IMG/VR virus record: IMGVR_UViG_3300036772_000425
Location: 202,924-266,923 of that record
Length of the DNA stretch: 64,000 nt
Strand: one strand, 5' to 3'
From: a virus
Shown here: positions 36,000 to 44,769 of the stretch, piece after piece
How positions within the stretch are numbered: the stretch's first letter is position 1
How the letters are laid out: each line of letters starts with the position of its first letter
The notes under the pieces: generated by a model
The model's database searches: none
What the model was told of the DNA's origin: nothing
The model's input: only the letters and a program-made list of their open reading frames with translations
Translations under genes and position numbers: made by a program

Positions 36000-36569
36000 C
36001 TAAAGGTTGGCCCATTTCACAAGATACGCTTGAGCGTTCAAAACGAAGTCCCGATCTTCAACAACTGCCAGCTTCAAATTGCAATTTCGACACAACAATC
36101 CTCTGATCCTACCTGAGTTGTGATCATGATCGACTGCAGCGGAGTTCACATCGAAAGCTGATTTGCAGATCTCGCAAAGAAAATCCTGTGAGATCAGTTT
36201 GTCCCTGAACTCAGAATGACAAATCCCATAGTTCTTGATCCGACGAATGTCAGAACTCGTTGAAACGCACTCATCACAGTAAAGCTGGCTGCTGGAATTC
36301 AGCTTGAAGTTTTTCTTGCAGTGCTTGCAGCACTTGTCCTTCAAAGATCGATTACGTACAGCTTCGACAAGCTGCGGAGTTCTAACTTGTCTTTCACGTA
36401 CTAGTCCAAAACGATGGATAGCGTACTGAATCTGTCCTTGCGTCACCGTGAGACCGAGCGTCTCCAAACGATTCCCGATGATCGATGCCGACAATTTGTC
36501 AAGCATGTACCAAGCAACGATCTCTTGACGAAAGGCATCAAGTTTGATTTGAACTGCATTCATCTTCAA
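36000..36569 (-). CDS. Endonuclease VII (T4 gp49)-family HNH-like nuclease with N-terminal HTH-like domain; probable homing endonuclease
   Basis: AVDHDHNSGRIRGLLCRNCN hallmark plus CKHCKK upstream; the gene lies in a ~43% GC island. Confidence 0.65.
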   Translation of the reverse strand: MKMNAVQIKLDAFRQEIVAWYMLDKLSASIIGNRLETLGLTVTQGQIQYAIHRFGLVRERQVRTPQLVEAVRNRSLKDKCCKHCKKNFKLNSSSQLYCDECVSTSSDIRRIKNYGICHSEFRDKLISQDFLCEICKSAFDVNSAAVDHDHNSGRIRGLLCRNCNLKLAVVEDRDFVLNAQAYLVKWANL

Positions 36570-36572
36570 ACT

Positions 36573-37532
36573 TCACTTGCACACCTTCCTGAAGTACTCG
36601 ATCGACAGGTCCAGCCCTTCTTCGAGCTGTACCCTGGCATCCCAACCCATGTAGGCTCGAGCCAATGAGGTGTCCGGGCGGCGCTGCAGCGGATCATCGC
36701 ACGGCAACGACCTGAACGTGATACCAACACCGAAGCGCTTGGCGACATTTTGGGCCAGCTCAAGGATCGTGAACTCGTTCGGATTGCCCATGTTCACCGG
36801 TCCGCCCGGATTCTTGGGTAGTTCACCCAAGGCCACGATGCCCCTGATCAGGTCGTCTACGTAGCAGAAGGAACGTGTCTGCGATCCGTCCCCGTAGACC
36901 GTGAGATCCTGGCCCCTGATGCCCTGGCAGATGAAGTTGCTGATCACTCGACCATCGTCGGGGTCCATGTTGGGACCGTAGGTGTTGAAGATCCTGACGA
37001 GCCGAGCGTCTGTTCCGTGCTTGTGAAGGTAGTCGTAGCACAGTGACTCAGCGGCGCGCTTCCCTTCATCGTAGCACGAACGTGGACCGTAGCTGTTGAC
37101 GCTGCCGCGGTACGCCTCAGCCTGTGGGATCAGTTCAGGGTCACCGTACACCTCAGAGGTCGATGCATGGACGATCCTGGCGCCCCTGTCGCCAGCAAAG
37201 TCCAGGATGTTCTTGGTGCCTACCACGCACGTCATCAACGTTTCGATCGGGATCCTCTGGTAGATGGGCGGCGAGGCCGGACACGCGAAGTTGTACGCGA
37301 CGTCAAGGCATCGGATCTTCTTCAAGGATCTCTGCCATCCTGTACTGGCAGAGATGTCGCCCTCTACCATGGTGAAGTTCGGATGTTCGCACAGGGCACG
37401 GTAGTGCGCGCTGCTACGGGTCGATGAACAGAAGTTGTCGATTCCAAAGACAAGATCTCCCTGGACAAGGTGATGCATCGACAGGTGCGATCCGAGGAAC
37501 CCAGCGGCGCCGGTGACCAGCACCCGCATCAT
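36573..37532 (-). CDS. UDP-glucuronate decarboxylase/UDP-xylose synthase-like SDR (NAD-dependent epimerase/dehydratase)
   Basis: VLVTGAAGFLGSHL; SEVYGDP; YDEGK (YxxxK); C-terminal QRRPDTSLARAYMGW typical of the UXS/ArnA-like subfamily. Confidence 0.75.
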   Translation of the reverse strand: MMRVLVTGAAGFLGSHLSMHHLVQGDLVFGIDNFCSSTRSSAHYRALCEHPNFTMVEGDISASTGWQRSLKKIRCLDVAYNFACPASPPIYQRIPIETLMTCVVGTKNILDFAGDRGARIVHASTSEVYGDPELIPQAEAYRGSVNSYGPRSCYDEGKRAAESLCYDYLHKHGTDARLVRIFNTYGPNMDPDDGRVISNFICQGIRGQDLTVYGDGSQTRSFCYVDDLIRGIVALGELPKNPGGPVNMGNPNEFTILELAQNVAKRFGVGITFRSLPCDDPLQRRPDTSLARAYMGWDARVQLEEGLDLSIEYFRKVCK

Positions 37533-37858
37533 CGATCGCTCCCTTGTTCATCCTGAACTTCAGCAGTTCTGATGAAAGACGCCAGGAGCTGCTGCGACAT
37601 CTCAGCCGGATCGAAGCTCAGTGTTTCACCGAACCAGAAGTTGAAGGTCTGCTTCACCACGCCTTGGGCGATGTCGAGCCGTTGTCCCTGATCGGAACAC
37701 ATGTGAAGCACCCCCTCGTTGAACCTGCTCAGGATGCTGAGGGCCTCGTGCATGTACTCATGGGGCTCCGGGCGGTCGATTGCCATCGGGTTCCTCTCGA
37801 GCAGGATCCTGTTGATGTCGACGAGCGCCTCGACCAGTGTCCATCGACGATTCTCCAT
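37529..37858 (-). CDS. hypothetical protein
   Basis: 109-aa ORF. Confidence 0.4.
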   Translation of the reverse strand: MENRRWTLVEALVDINRILLERNPMAIDRPEPHEYMHEALSILSRFNEGVLHMCSDQGQRLDIAQGVVKQTFNFWFGETLSFDPAEMSQQLLASFIRTAEVQDEQGSDR

Positions 37859-37896
37859 GGCATGATTCTACAGAACCCGACGTGCTATTTACAGCC

Positions 37897-38043
37897 ATGC
37901 GCAGCAAGTTGAACGAGGCCGAACTCGATGCATACCGGAGAATTCTGACCGAACGTTTCGGTGAGCCGTTGCAGTCCCACCAACCTGACGAACCGGAAGG
38001 TGAGATCTCGCCAACACATCAGGAAGAACAGGAGCGACCCTAG
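37897..38043 (+). CDS. small hypothetical protein (plus strand)
   Basis: 48 aa from the internal Met; acidic; low confidence. Confidence 0.2.
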   Translation: MRSKLNEAELDAYRRILTERFGEPLQSHQPDEPEGEISPTHQEEQERP

Positions 38044-38106
38044 AACGAGCTCGGGCGACCGTTCCCGATCGCCCGACCTTTCCAGGGTGACCCTTAGGTC
38101 ACCCGA

Positions 38107-38952
38107 TCATTCAGGTTCCCAAACCTGAGCGTGGTCGCTGTCCGACTTCTTCACGCGCATCTTGTCACCCTCAGGTGCCACTGCCGCCTGCTCGCCGGGC
38201 TTGAACTTGCTGTCGCGTGGGCCAACGTAGACCTTTCCCTTGACGCGGGTCACGACAGGCGACGCCCATCGCTTCCCACCCGGGTAGATCTTGTACGTTT
38301 CCTTGCTTCGACCGCCGGCAGTGGCCGCAGTGGCCGCAGCCTTCTCAGCACGGACCGCGCCCTTGGTGGTCAAGTCAAGGATGGTGTCAACGACGAGCTC
38401 GGTGATGGCCTCGTTGGAGAGACCAGCCTGCGAGGCCAACCGTTCAGCCCGTGGGTCGTACTTCTTCAACGCATCCAGGAACTGCGGCGCGGCCTCTGCG
38501 GCCATCGCTGCATCGATCCCAGGGGAGGTTTTGACCATTTCCCGAGCGAACCTGCGCATGTAGTACATCACGTACTCCTTCGCACGTTCAGGAGACATCC
38601 GACCGCTGCCTGGAGCACGGGCTGCCGCAGGAGCCGTCGACAGGCCCGGGAGGTCCACGGTGTCTGAACCAGAGTCTTGCGGTTCGAGCGCGCCCTTGCC
38701 GACCAGGAAATTCGCTGACTTGTCTGGGATGAACTTCTGACCCTTCATCACGGCAAGGATCACGTCCTCAGACGCCCCAGCACCGGCGAGGATGTCAAAG
38801 ATCTTGTCACGATCACCCGACCAGACGGTCTTCCTCTTCTTGTCATCTGACACGGAGGTCAGCCTGATTGTCTGAGGCAGCGACGCGAACTCTGCGCTCG
38901 CAGGAGCAACCTCATTGATGATCTTCCGAAGTTCTGCCAGTTTGATCTTCAT
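38107..38952 (-). CDS. hypothetical protein
   Basis: start at internal MKIKLAELRK; Ala-rich middle region. Confidence 0.45.
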   Translation of the reverse strand: MKIKLAELRKIINEVAPASAEFASLPQTIRLTSVSDDKKRKTVWSGDRDKIFDILAGAGASEDVILAVMKGQKFIPDKSANFLVGKGALEPQDSGSDTVDLPGLSTAPAAARAPGSGRMSPERAKEYVMYYMRRFAREMVKTSPGIDAAMAAEAAPQFLDALKKYDPRAERLASQAGLSNEAITELVVDTILDLTTKGAVRAEKAAATAATAGGRSKETYKIYPGGKRWASPVVTRVKGKVYVGPRDSKFKPGEQAAVAPEGDKMRVKKSDSDHAQVWEPE

Positions 38953-38954
38953 CT

Positions 38955-39527
38955 TCAAAGCCCCAGGGGTGCGGTCGAGCACCTCCTCTTCAACAGGTAG
39001 ATATGCTTTTCGTGTGTGTCGCACACCGATTGCAGCATGTTCTCGATGCCGTCTGTCATGGTACCCTGCTCACGCAGGCGAGCAAAGACGGATGACATAA
39101 CCTTCAGGAAGTTCCATTCAGCACAGAGGCTTGCCTTCGCCAGGTCCGATGCCTGTGGGACCGTCTGCGGCGAACCACAATCGTTCGACAGCCGAAGGAG
39201 CTGGGAGATCTGCAGCTGCAGGTTGACGTTGGCGTCAGAACCGTAGCCGACAGCCTTCTCAGCAACCTCATCGATTTCCTCGACGATGGTGCTGTAGAGG
39301 CCCTCGAACAGCTTGTGATCCGAATAGAAATTATCACCCCTGGAGATCCAGTGATGCGTCTGGTGCAGCATCGCAAGGTAACGAAGATGCACCAGGACGA
39401 TTGAGAGCTCTACGTAGCTCGTCTCGCCCCACGAGGCTGACAGGTTGTCAACGTGGAGCTCCAGGTGAGGTTGGCTGGGCGCCTCGCTCTCCTTGTCCAC
39501 CCTGATCCATTCGTTAAGTGACCTCAC
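38955..39527 (-). CDS. Dps/ferritin-like protein
   Basis: VLVHLRYLAMLHQTHHWISRGDNFYSDHKLFEGLYSTIVEEIDEVAEKAVGYG matches the Dps ferroxidase-site helix pattern (HxxHW...G..F...H..FE...D.IAER). Confidence 0.6.
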   Translation of the reverse strand: MRSLNEWIRVDKESEAPSQPHLELHVDNLSASWGETSYVELSIVLVHLRYLAMLHQTHHWISRGDNFYSDHKLFEGLYSTIVEEIDEVAEKAVGYGSDANVNLQLQISQLLRLSNDCGSPQTVPQASDLAKASLCAEWNFLKVMSSVFARLREQGTMTDGIENMLQSVCDTHEKHIYLLKRRCSTAPLGL

Positions 39528-39534
39528 GGTGTGC

Positions 39535-40701
39535 TCACTTCAGGTAGCAGGTGAAACCGATCTTGTTGACATCGGATGGGTGAGTGGTCCATTCCAGCTG
39601 CAACGGTTCACCCTGGATGTTCTGCCGGCGCGTCCATGCCTCACAGAAGGAGTTCAGGGCACGTTCATCGATTGAACGAAAACCGAAGGCATGCGGCAGC
39701 GTCCCGACCACGGGAACCATCGTCTGGCGAGCGTTGCCCTCACCCAGGCGGTACTTCCTGATGCTCATCGGCAGCATACCCTCCTTGATCTGGAAGAGCG
39801 TTGTGGCTGACTGGACGAACTGTTCGTTCGACATGCCGGCTGAAACAAGCTTGGTGACCGGGTCAACATCCTCCATGACGGTCGTGCTGATCACTCCCTC
39901 GTCCAGCTGTTCCTGCTCCTCGGAGCGCGCGAGCCACTTCAGGGTTTCGCGTAGGGCATTCCGTTCCATCGCCATGTCCTCCTTCTCCTTGATCAGTTCC
40001 TTGATGTTCTTCAACAGACGCGCCTCGTCTACCTTGACGCCCGAGGTTGCTCGGGTCGAGGAGCAGAAACGGTGCACCGCCAGCTCTTCCCAAGCGTACT
40101 CGATGTTCTGCCCGTACTCGTGCATGAACCTCATGGCCTGATCGCGGTACCACGTCTCACCCAGTTCCGGGCCGGGTTGCGTCCGGGCCACATCGCCCAT
40201 CCGCTTTGCGCCCTTGATCGGATCGATGCCCATCGGCTGGACCTTGGGCTTTGGAACCCCAGCCTCGTGCAGCCGGCGCTGGCGGAAGGTGCTCTGCAGC
40301 TGATCATCGTCAGGGTGACGTTTGATCATCTCCCGCAAGGAGAGCAACGGGATCCTCTTGCCCACCGTTGCCCTGACGTCCGGGTCAGGGTCGTTGGACA
40401 TGCGCTGGAGGAATCTTTCTGGGCAGATCCTGGCCGCCAGCTTCCTGACCTCAGGATCCTTGTGATCCAACCAGGGTGCTGAGACCCTCGGGTTCCAGGC
40501 CAGCGACCCAGATTTCCCGGTTCGATCGAGGACGTCCAACCGATCGTTGGCAGCGGTTGCCACGTACTGCAGGTTCTGTCCTTCGGTCACGATGACAGGC
40601 CCAAGGACCCGACCGAGTTCGACCTTGAGGTCAAGCACCGCTCGTTCGTACGTGACCGTTCGATCGACGAGCTTCTGCAGGTGGTTCAGCTTCAGGTGCA
40701 T
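39535..40701 (-). CDS. hypothetical protein with HEAT/PBS-like repeats
   Basis: 388 aa; repeated DPxVRxxxxxR segments. Confidence 0.5.
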   Translation of the reverse strand: MHLKLNHLQKLVDRTVTYERAVLDLKVELGRVLGPVIVTEGQNLQYVATAANDRLDVLDRTGKSGSLAWNPRVSAPWLDHKDPEVRKLAARICPERFLQRMSNDPDPDVRATVGKRIPLLSLREMIKRHPDDDQLQSTFRQRRLHEAGVPKPKVQPMGIDPIKGAKRMGDVARTQPGPELGETWYRDQAMRFMHEYGQNIEYAWEELAVHRFCSSTRATSGVKVDEARLLKNIKELIKEKEDMAMERNALRETLKWLARSEEQEQLDEGVISTTVMEDVDPVTKLVSAGMSNEQFVQSATTLFQIKEGMLPMSIRKYRLGEGNARQTMVPVVGTLPHAFGFRSIDERALNSFCEAWTRRQNIQGEPLQLEWTTHPSDVNKIGFTCYLK

Positions 40702-40899
40702 CTCGAGATGGGCTCCTGAGCTCTAAGTATCGGAGCCTCGGCAGACGAGCGCAACCTACATCAGACGTTCTCGATCGGGAACCAATCTTCCACATCCGGA
40801 TCCCACGTGGCGACCTCGAGCTGCGGCATCTCGGAGAACGCAACACGAAGTTCAGAACCGATCCTGAACCAGGTCGAGTGCGACAGGATCGCGATCGGA

Positions 40900-41142
40900 T
40901 CATCCGCGAACGGGTAATCGGTACATGTCGGGCACGACCTCGGCCCAAGCGTCTGCTGCGCCCGGGAACTGAGAGTTCACCTGTCCGGTCGACAGCTCCG
41001 AGTTGATGTCCTCTACCTTACCGATCTTGAACTGCTGCCGGCCCGAACCCCTGACCTGCCGTAGCATCCCAGTCGGAGCGCTGCTCACCTCGTCCAACGC
41101 CTCCGAGATCATCCGGCGCACGTGACCCAAGCTGATCCTCAT
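40900..41142 (-). CDS. hypothetical small protein (possibly the 5' part of a frameshifted gene)
   Basis: 80-aa ORF; the adjacent frame continues protein-like for ~50 codons without a start. Confidence 0.3.
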   Translation of the reverse strand: MRISLGHVRRMISEALDEVSSAPTGMLRQVRGSGRQQFKIGKVEDINSELSTGQVNSQFPGAADAWAEVVPDMYRLPVRG

Positions 41143-41295
41143 GCTCTAGGTATTGCTCTGTCTGCTCCTGGATGTCAACGGGTGATTGGCGCCGGGCCCA
41201 CCCTGCCCGGTATGCCTTCGCGAACCTCCGGGAGGTAGTGCCCGACAGGTGACGGGTGGGTTGGACCCTGCAACCCGGAGGTCCGCGGTGCAATT

Positions 41296-41850
41296 TCATT
41301 CTTGTGCGCTCTGCGGGATGAATGTTGCCCAAGAATCGTGCCAGCAATCTGACTTTGCCGCATCCCAGAAGTGCAACGACGTGGGCAGAGCAGGCTTCCG
41401 GATCAGGGTCATCCCAGCCTCCTCAGGAGTGTGGTTCGCCTTCTTCTTGTTGCAAGGTTTGCATGCAGCGACGCAGTTCAACCAGCTGGTCGGCCCACCG
41501 CGCGAGGAGGGCATGATGTGTTCGATCTCGATGTTGTGCCAGTGCAGCTTGGTCCCGCAGTACTGGCACTTCCAACCATCACGGTTGAAGAGAACCTTTT
41601 TTCGGAACTTTGGTGACTTCCACTTCTTGTGGACGAACTTCCTGAGCCGCAGGGTCGCTGGGACCATGACAGAAGCGTTGGGGGAGACAAAAGCCTCGTC
41701 CCAGTACGCTGGCTCTCCGGTCTGGAAGTCGTTGACAACCTCTGCTCGGATCTTGCCGTTGACGTCCGGCATCAGCAGGCGCACGGCCCGCCAGTCAGTG
41801 ATGAAGTGGAGTGGGGTCCAGTCAGCATTCAGCAGCAGGGCACGGAACAC
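41296..41850 (-). CDS. HNH endonuclease
   Basis: DGWKCQYCG...HNIEIEHIMPSSRGG...NCVAACKPCN classic HNH/zinc-finger motif. Confidence 0.8.
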   Translation of the reverse strand: MFRALLLNADWTPLHFITDWRAVRLLMPDVNGKIRAEVVNDFQTGEPAYWDEAFVSPNASVMVPATLRLRKFVHKKWKSPKFRKKVLFNRDGWKCQYCGTKLHWHNIEIEHIMPSSRGGPTSWLNCVAACKPCNKKKANHTPEEAGMTLIRKPALPTSLHFWDAAKSDCWHDSWATFIPQSAQE

Positions 41851-41975
41851 GGCACGATCCTTTCAATGTCTAGTTTACCACCCAGGAACCCATGTTGCAC
41901 CCGCCCTCACCAGGGCGCAAACAATTCGAAGACCTGTGACTGTAAGTAACCCCATCGAGCGACCCATGAATTGTT

Positions 41976-42851
41976 CTATGCAGCACCGATGCTGGCAGGC
42001 ATCCTGCGCCGGATCTCCTGCATGGCCCAATCGTACTGGACGGGGGAGCCCAACTGGGTCGACATCTCAAGGAGGCGTTCCCCTGTCAGGTGACCCAGGA
42101 TCGACATCAGGCTGCGTTCCGCGCAACGTTTCTGCGGTAGGATCAGCATCCGCTGCAACGCATTGAGCCCGCCCTCCTCCGGAAGCACCTGATTGATCCT
42201 GTGAAACCTGCGAAGCTCCAGAGCGCCGTTCACGATGGGCAACAGGTACTCCGCGACGAGCGGAGTCACCGATTCGTACCCACGGTGTTCCATCCACCTG
42301 ACGAACCGGTTGATCGTCTGCTCAGATTGCCAACTGTGAACGTGCAGCACCTTCCCCTCTTCCAGGGACCTGAGGTGCTGAGGGTAGGTGATGGTGTCGA
42401 GGTCAAGGCCGACCATGGCGTTGTAGATGTCGAACCGTCGCAGCTGTTCCACCATCGGATTGAAAAAACCGGTGATCACCTGCACACGGTAACCGGCGAT
42501 GCGGGTCTGCATGGCAAGGTTGCTGATTTTCCATGTCAGCTTACCTCGAGCGATGATGTCCAGCAAGGCTGCATCGTTCAGGAAGTTTTGTTCCTGTTCC
42601 CTGTTTGGGAACCACAGGTCGATGTCTCCTGAGGAGGTATGGGAGATCAGGTAGTGGTCGAGGGCATCAGCGAGCTTCATACCGTGCCTACCGCAACCGA
42701 ACTCTGAACGTGCCACCTGCGTACCGAAACCTCCGGCAATGTAGCCACCGTGTTGGAAACAGATCAGCATCGTCTCCCGTAGGGCATTCGAGAGGTCTGC
42801 GGCGGCGAACCAGTCTGACGGTGCTGTGATGAACTCTACATCCTCAACCAT
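41976..42851 (-). CDS. hypothetical protein (possible Pol-beta-like nucleotidyltransferase motif)
   Basis: GGYIAGGFGT ... SGDIDLWF; the motif spacing is atypical, so assignment is tentative. Confidence 0.4.
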   Translation of the reverse strand: MVEDVEFITAPSDWFAAADLSNALRETMLICFQHGGYIAGGFGTQVARSEFGCGRHGMKLADALDHYLISHTSSGDIDLWFPNREQEQNFLNDAALLDIIARGKLTWKISNLAMQTRIAGYRVQVITGFFNPMVEQLRRFDIYNAMVGLDLDTITYPQHLRSLEEGKVLHVHSWQSEQTINRFVRWMEHRGYESVTPLVAEYLLPIVNGALELRRFHRINQVLPEEGGLNALQRMLILPQKRCAERSLMSILGHLTGERLLEMSTQLGSPVQYDWAMQEIRRRMPASIGAA

Positions 42852-43131
42852 CGACCGAACCCACCAGCCTGGTTCGCAAGGTCTCCAGGATGACGTTCGA
42901 CGAATTCAGGGAGCTCACCGAGGACTGCATCCTTCGCATGAGCTGGGCACGCTTCTCGATCGACAGCTTCCTTGAGCCCGGTCGAGCGAGCTGCGCCTTC
43001 AGGCGTTCGAGCCGGACGGTCTCGTAGTTGACCAACTTCTCTTGAGATTCGAGATGGTACCTCAGCATCTCTGGGCTGAGGGAGATCTCCTTCTCCGTGT
43101 CAGTAGCGAACTTTGGCTGATCACGTTGCAT
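42844..43131 (-). CDS. hypothetical protein
   Basis: 95-aa ORF. Confidence 0.4.
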   Translation of the reverse strand: MQRDQPKFATDTEKEISLSPEMLRYHLESQEKLVNYETVRLERLKAQLARPGSRKLSIEKRAQLMRRMQSSVSSLNSSNVILETLRTRLVGSVDG

Positions 43132-43161
43132 GGGTTCACAGTACCCAGCACCGTACGGGGT

Positions 43162-43929
43162 TTACACGGCCAGGCGCTTTAGCATGGTCCCAAATGTCAG
43201 TTCATCGCTCTCAATGACCACGAAGCGGCGGCCGAGGCGCCGGGCCGCGAGGGCGGTGGTGCCGGAACCGGCGAACGGATCGACCACGTATTCACCGGGG
43301 GTTGTGTGCACCTCGATGGGCACCTCGATCACACGCTGTGCCTTCTGTGCAGGGTGCACCTTCCCCTGCATCATTTCGGTGATGTCTGACCAGACGTTGG
43401 TCCGGCGGTAGTGCTCGCTCTTGGCCGGGTACTGCGCCTTGAAACCAGAGTAGCCCCTCTTCGCCTCCAGCAGCGGAACCTGGAACTTCCGAGGTTTCTT
43501 TGCGTTGCCCTTGACCAGGTAGGCACACTCTTCGCGCGTCCACAGGTAGTTGTTCTGCACCCCGTACGCACGTTTCTTTGCCCATGTGATCAGGTTGGCG
43601 AGCTCGAGCCTCCCTGCGTCCTCCACGTCCACCAGGTACCGGAGGAAGGGTCTGAAACCCGGCTTGCCCACCCCGCCCCACACGTAGAAGGCACCACCGT
43701 CGACAAGGCATGCTTCAGCCCAGGACCTGGTCCAGCCCACCATCCAGGATGCGAATTCCCGATCCGGACCATCGACACGATCCCAGGCAGATCTGAGGAC
43801 ATTCCCGTACGGTGGATCTGCAACGATGAGTGGGACCTGTCCCACCAGGTCCCTCACCGCATTGATGGTGCTGGGTTGGGTGGAATCTGCACAGACGGCA
43901 AAGCCGTCCGTGAGCTCCACGACCCTCAC
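43162..43929 (-). CDS. DNA methyltransferase, beta-class amino-MTase (N6-adenine or N4-cytosine)
   Basis: motif IV DPPY precedes motif I VVDPFAGSGTT. Confidence 0.8.
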   Translation of the reverse strand: MRVVELTDGFAVCADSTQPSTINAVRDLVGQVPLIVADPPYGNVLRSAWDRVDGPDREFASWMVGWTRSWAEACLVDGGAFYVWGGVGKPGFRPFLRYLVDVEDAGRLELANLITWAKKRAYGVQNNYLWTREECAYLVKGNAKKPRKFQVPLLEAKRGYSGFKAQYPAKSEHYRRTNVWSDITEMMQGKVHPAQKAQRVIEVPIEVHTTPGEYVVDPFAGSGTTALAARRLGRRFVVIESDELTFGTMLKRLAV

Positions 43930-44738
43930 TGGACCTCGATCAGACCTTGCACCGTGGGTGCGTTGTACTCGGCCGCACCCACGTTGACCTGCAGGTTGTC
44001 CCTGATCTTCGCGCTGAAACGTCCATGGGTGTGCCCAGCAAGGACGGTGAACGTGTTGTTCGGGAACACCCGAGATGCATCCAGGAGCATGTCACCCATC
44101 AGCTTGCTGGTGAACCAGGGTTGCGCTCCGTCGTCTCCCACCTTTCCTTGGTAGATGTGTGACTCCTTGAACGGAGGGTAGTGGGTCAGAATGATGATGT
44201 TCCGGTGGTAGCGGACTGCCTGCTTGATGCCATTTTGGACATGGGTCACACCTTCATGTGCCAGCTTTCGGGCCAGGCTGACGATGGTCGCTTTGTTCCC
44301 GTTGACCTCCTTGAAATCATGGATCGCGTTCCAATCAGTCATGGAGAAGTTGCTGTTCTGCCAGTCACCGTAGCATGCATCGTACCAACCGTCGTGGCCC
44401 ACGACTGCCGTGGCCGGAGACAACCCGTAGTACGGCATGGTCGGCATGTAGCGCAGGAACTGGCTCATGTTGCTGAGTTCCTTCATCGATTTCCGCATGG
44501 CCTCCACACCGGAACCGTAGTAGTCATGGTTCCCAAGGACGAAGTAGATGGGTCGTTGGACCACCTTCTCGATCTGTGAGAGGTGCAGGACCAGGTTCTT
44601 TGCCGTTGAGATGTCACCTGTCAGGAAGATCCCGGTCGGATCACCCTGCTTCAGGGACTCCGCGAAGTTGAGGAAGGCCTGCGGGTTGTTGTTCAAGAAA
44701 TCGAGATGAGTGTCTGTAGCCCATGCATAGCGTGCCAT
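43926..44738 (-). CDS. calcineurin-like metallophosphoesterase
   Basis: DTHLD, GDISTA, GNHDYY, GHTH motifs; ATGA-coupled to the DNA methyltransferase gene. Confidence 0.75.
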   Translation of the reverse strand: MARYAWATDTHLDFLNNNPQAFLNFAESLKQGDPTGIFLTGDISTAKNLVLHLSQIEKVVQRPIYFVLGNHDYYGSGVEAMRKSMKELSNMSQFLRYMPTMPYYGLSPATAVVGHDGWYDACYGDWQNSNFSMTDWNAIHDFKEVNGNKATIVSLARKLAHEGVTHVQNGIKQAVRYHRNIIILTHYPPFKESHIYQGKVGDDGAQPWFTSKLMGDMLLDASRVFPNNTFTVLAGHTHGRFSAKIRDNLQVNVGAAEYNAPTVQGLIEVQ

Positions 44739-44769
44739 CCTGACATGGTACGCTACGGGTGCAGCACGT

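Noticed and set aside
41186-42166. 326-aa plus-strand ORF
   Set aside because: It is antisense to the HNH and the following gene, and it is Ser/Pro/Arg-rich.
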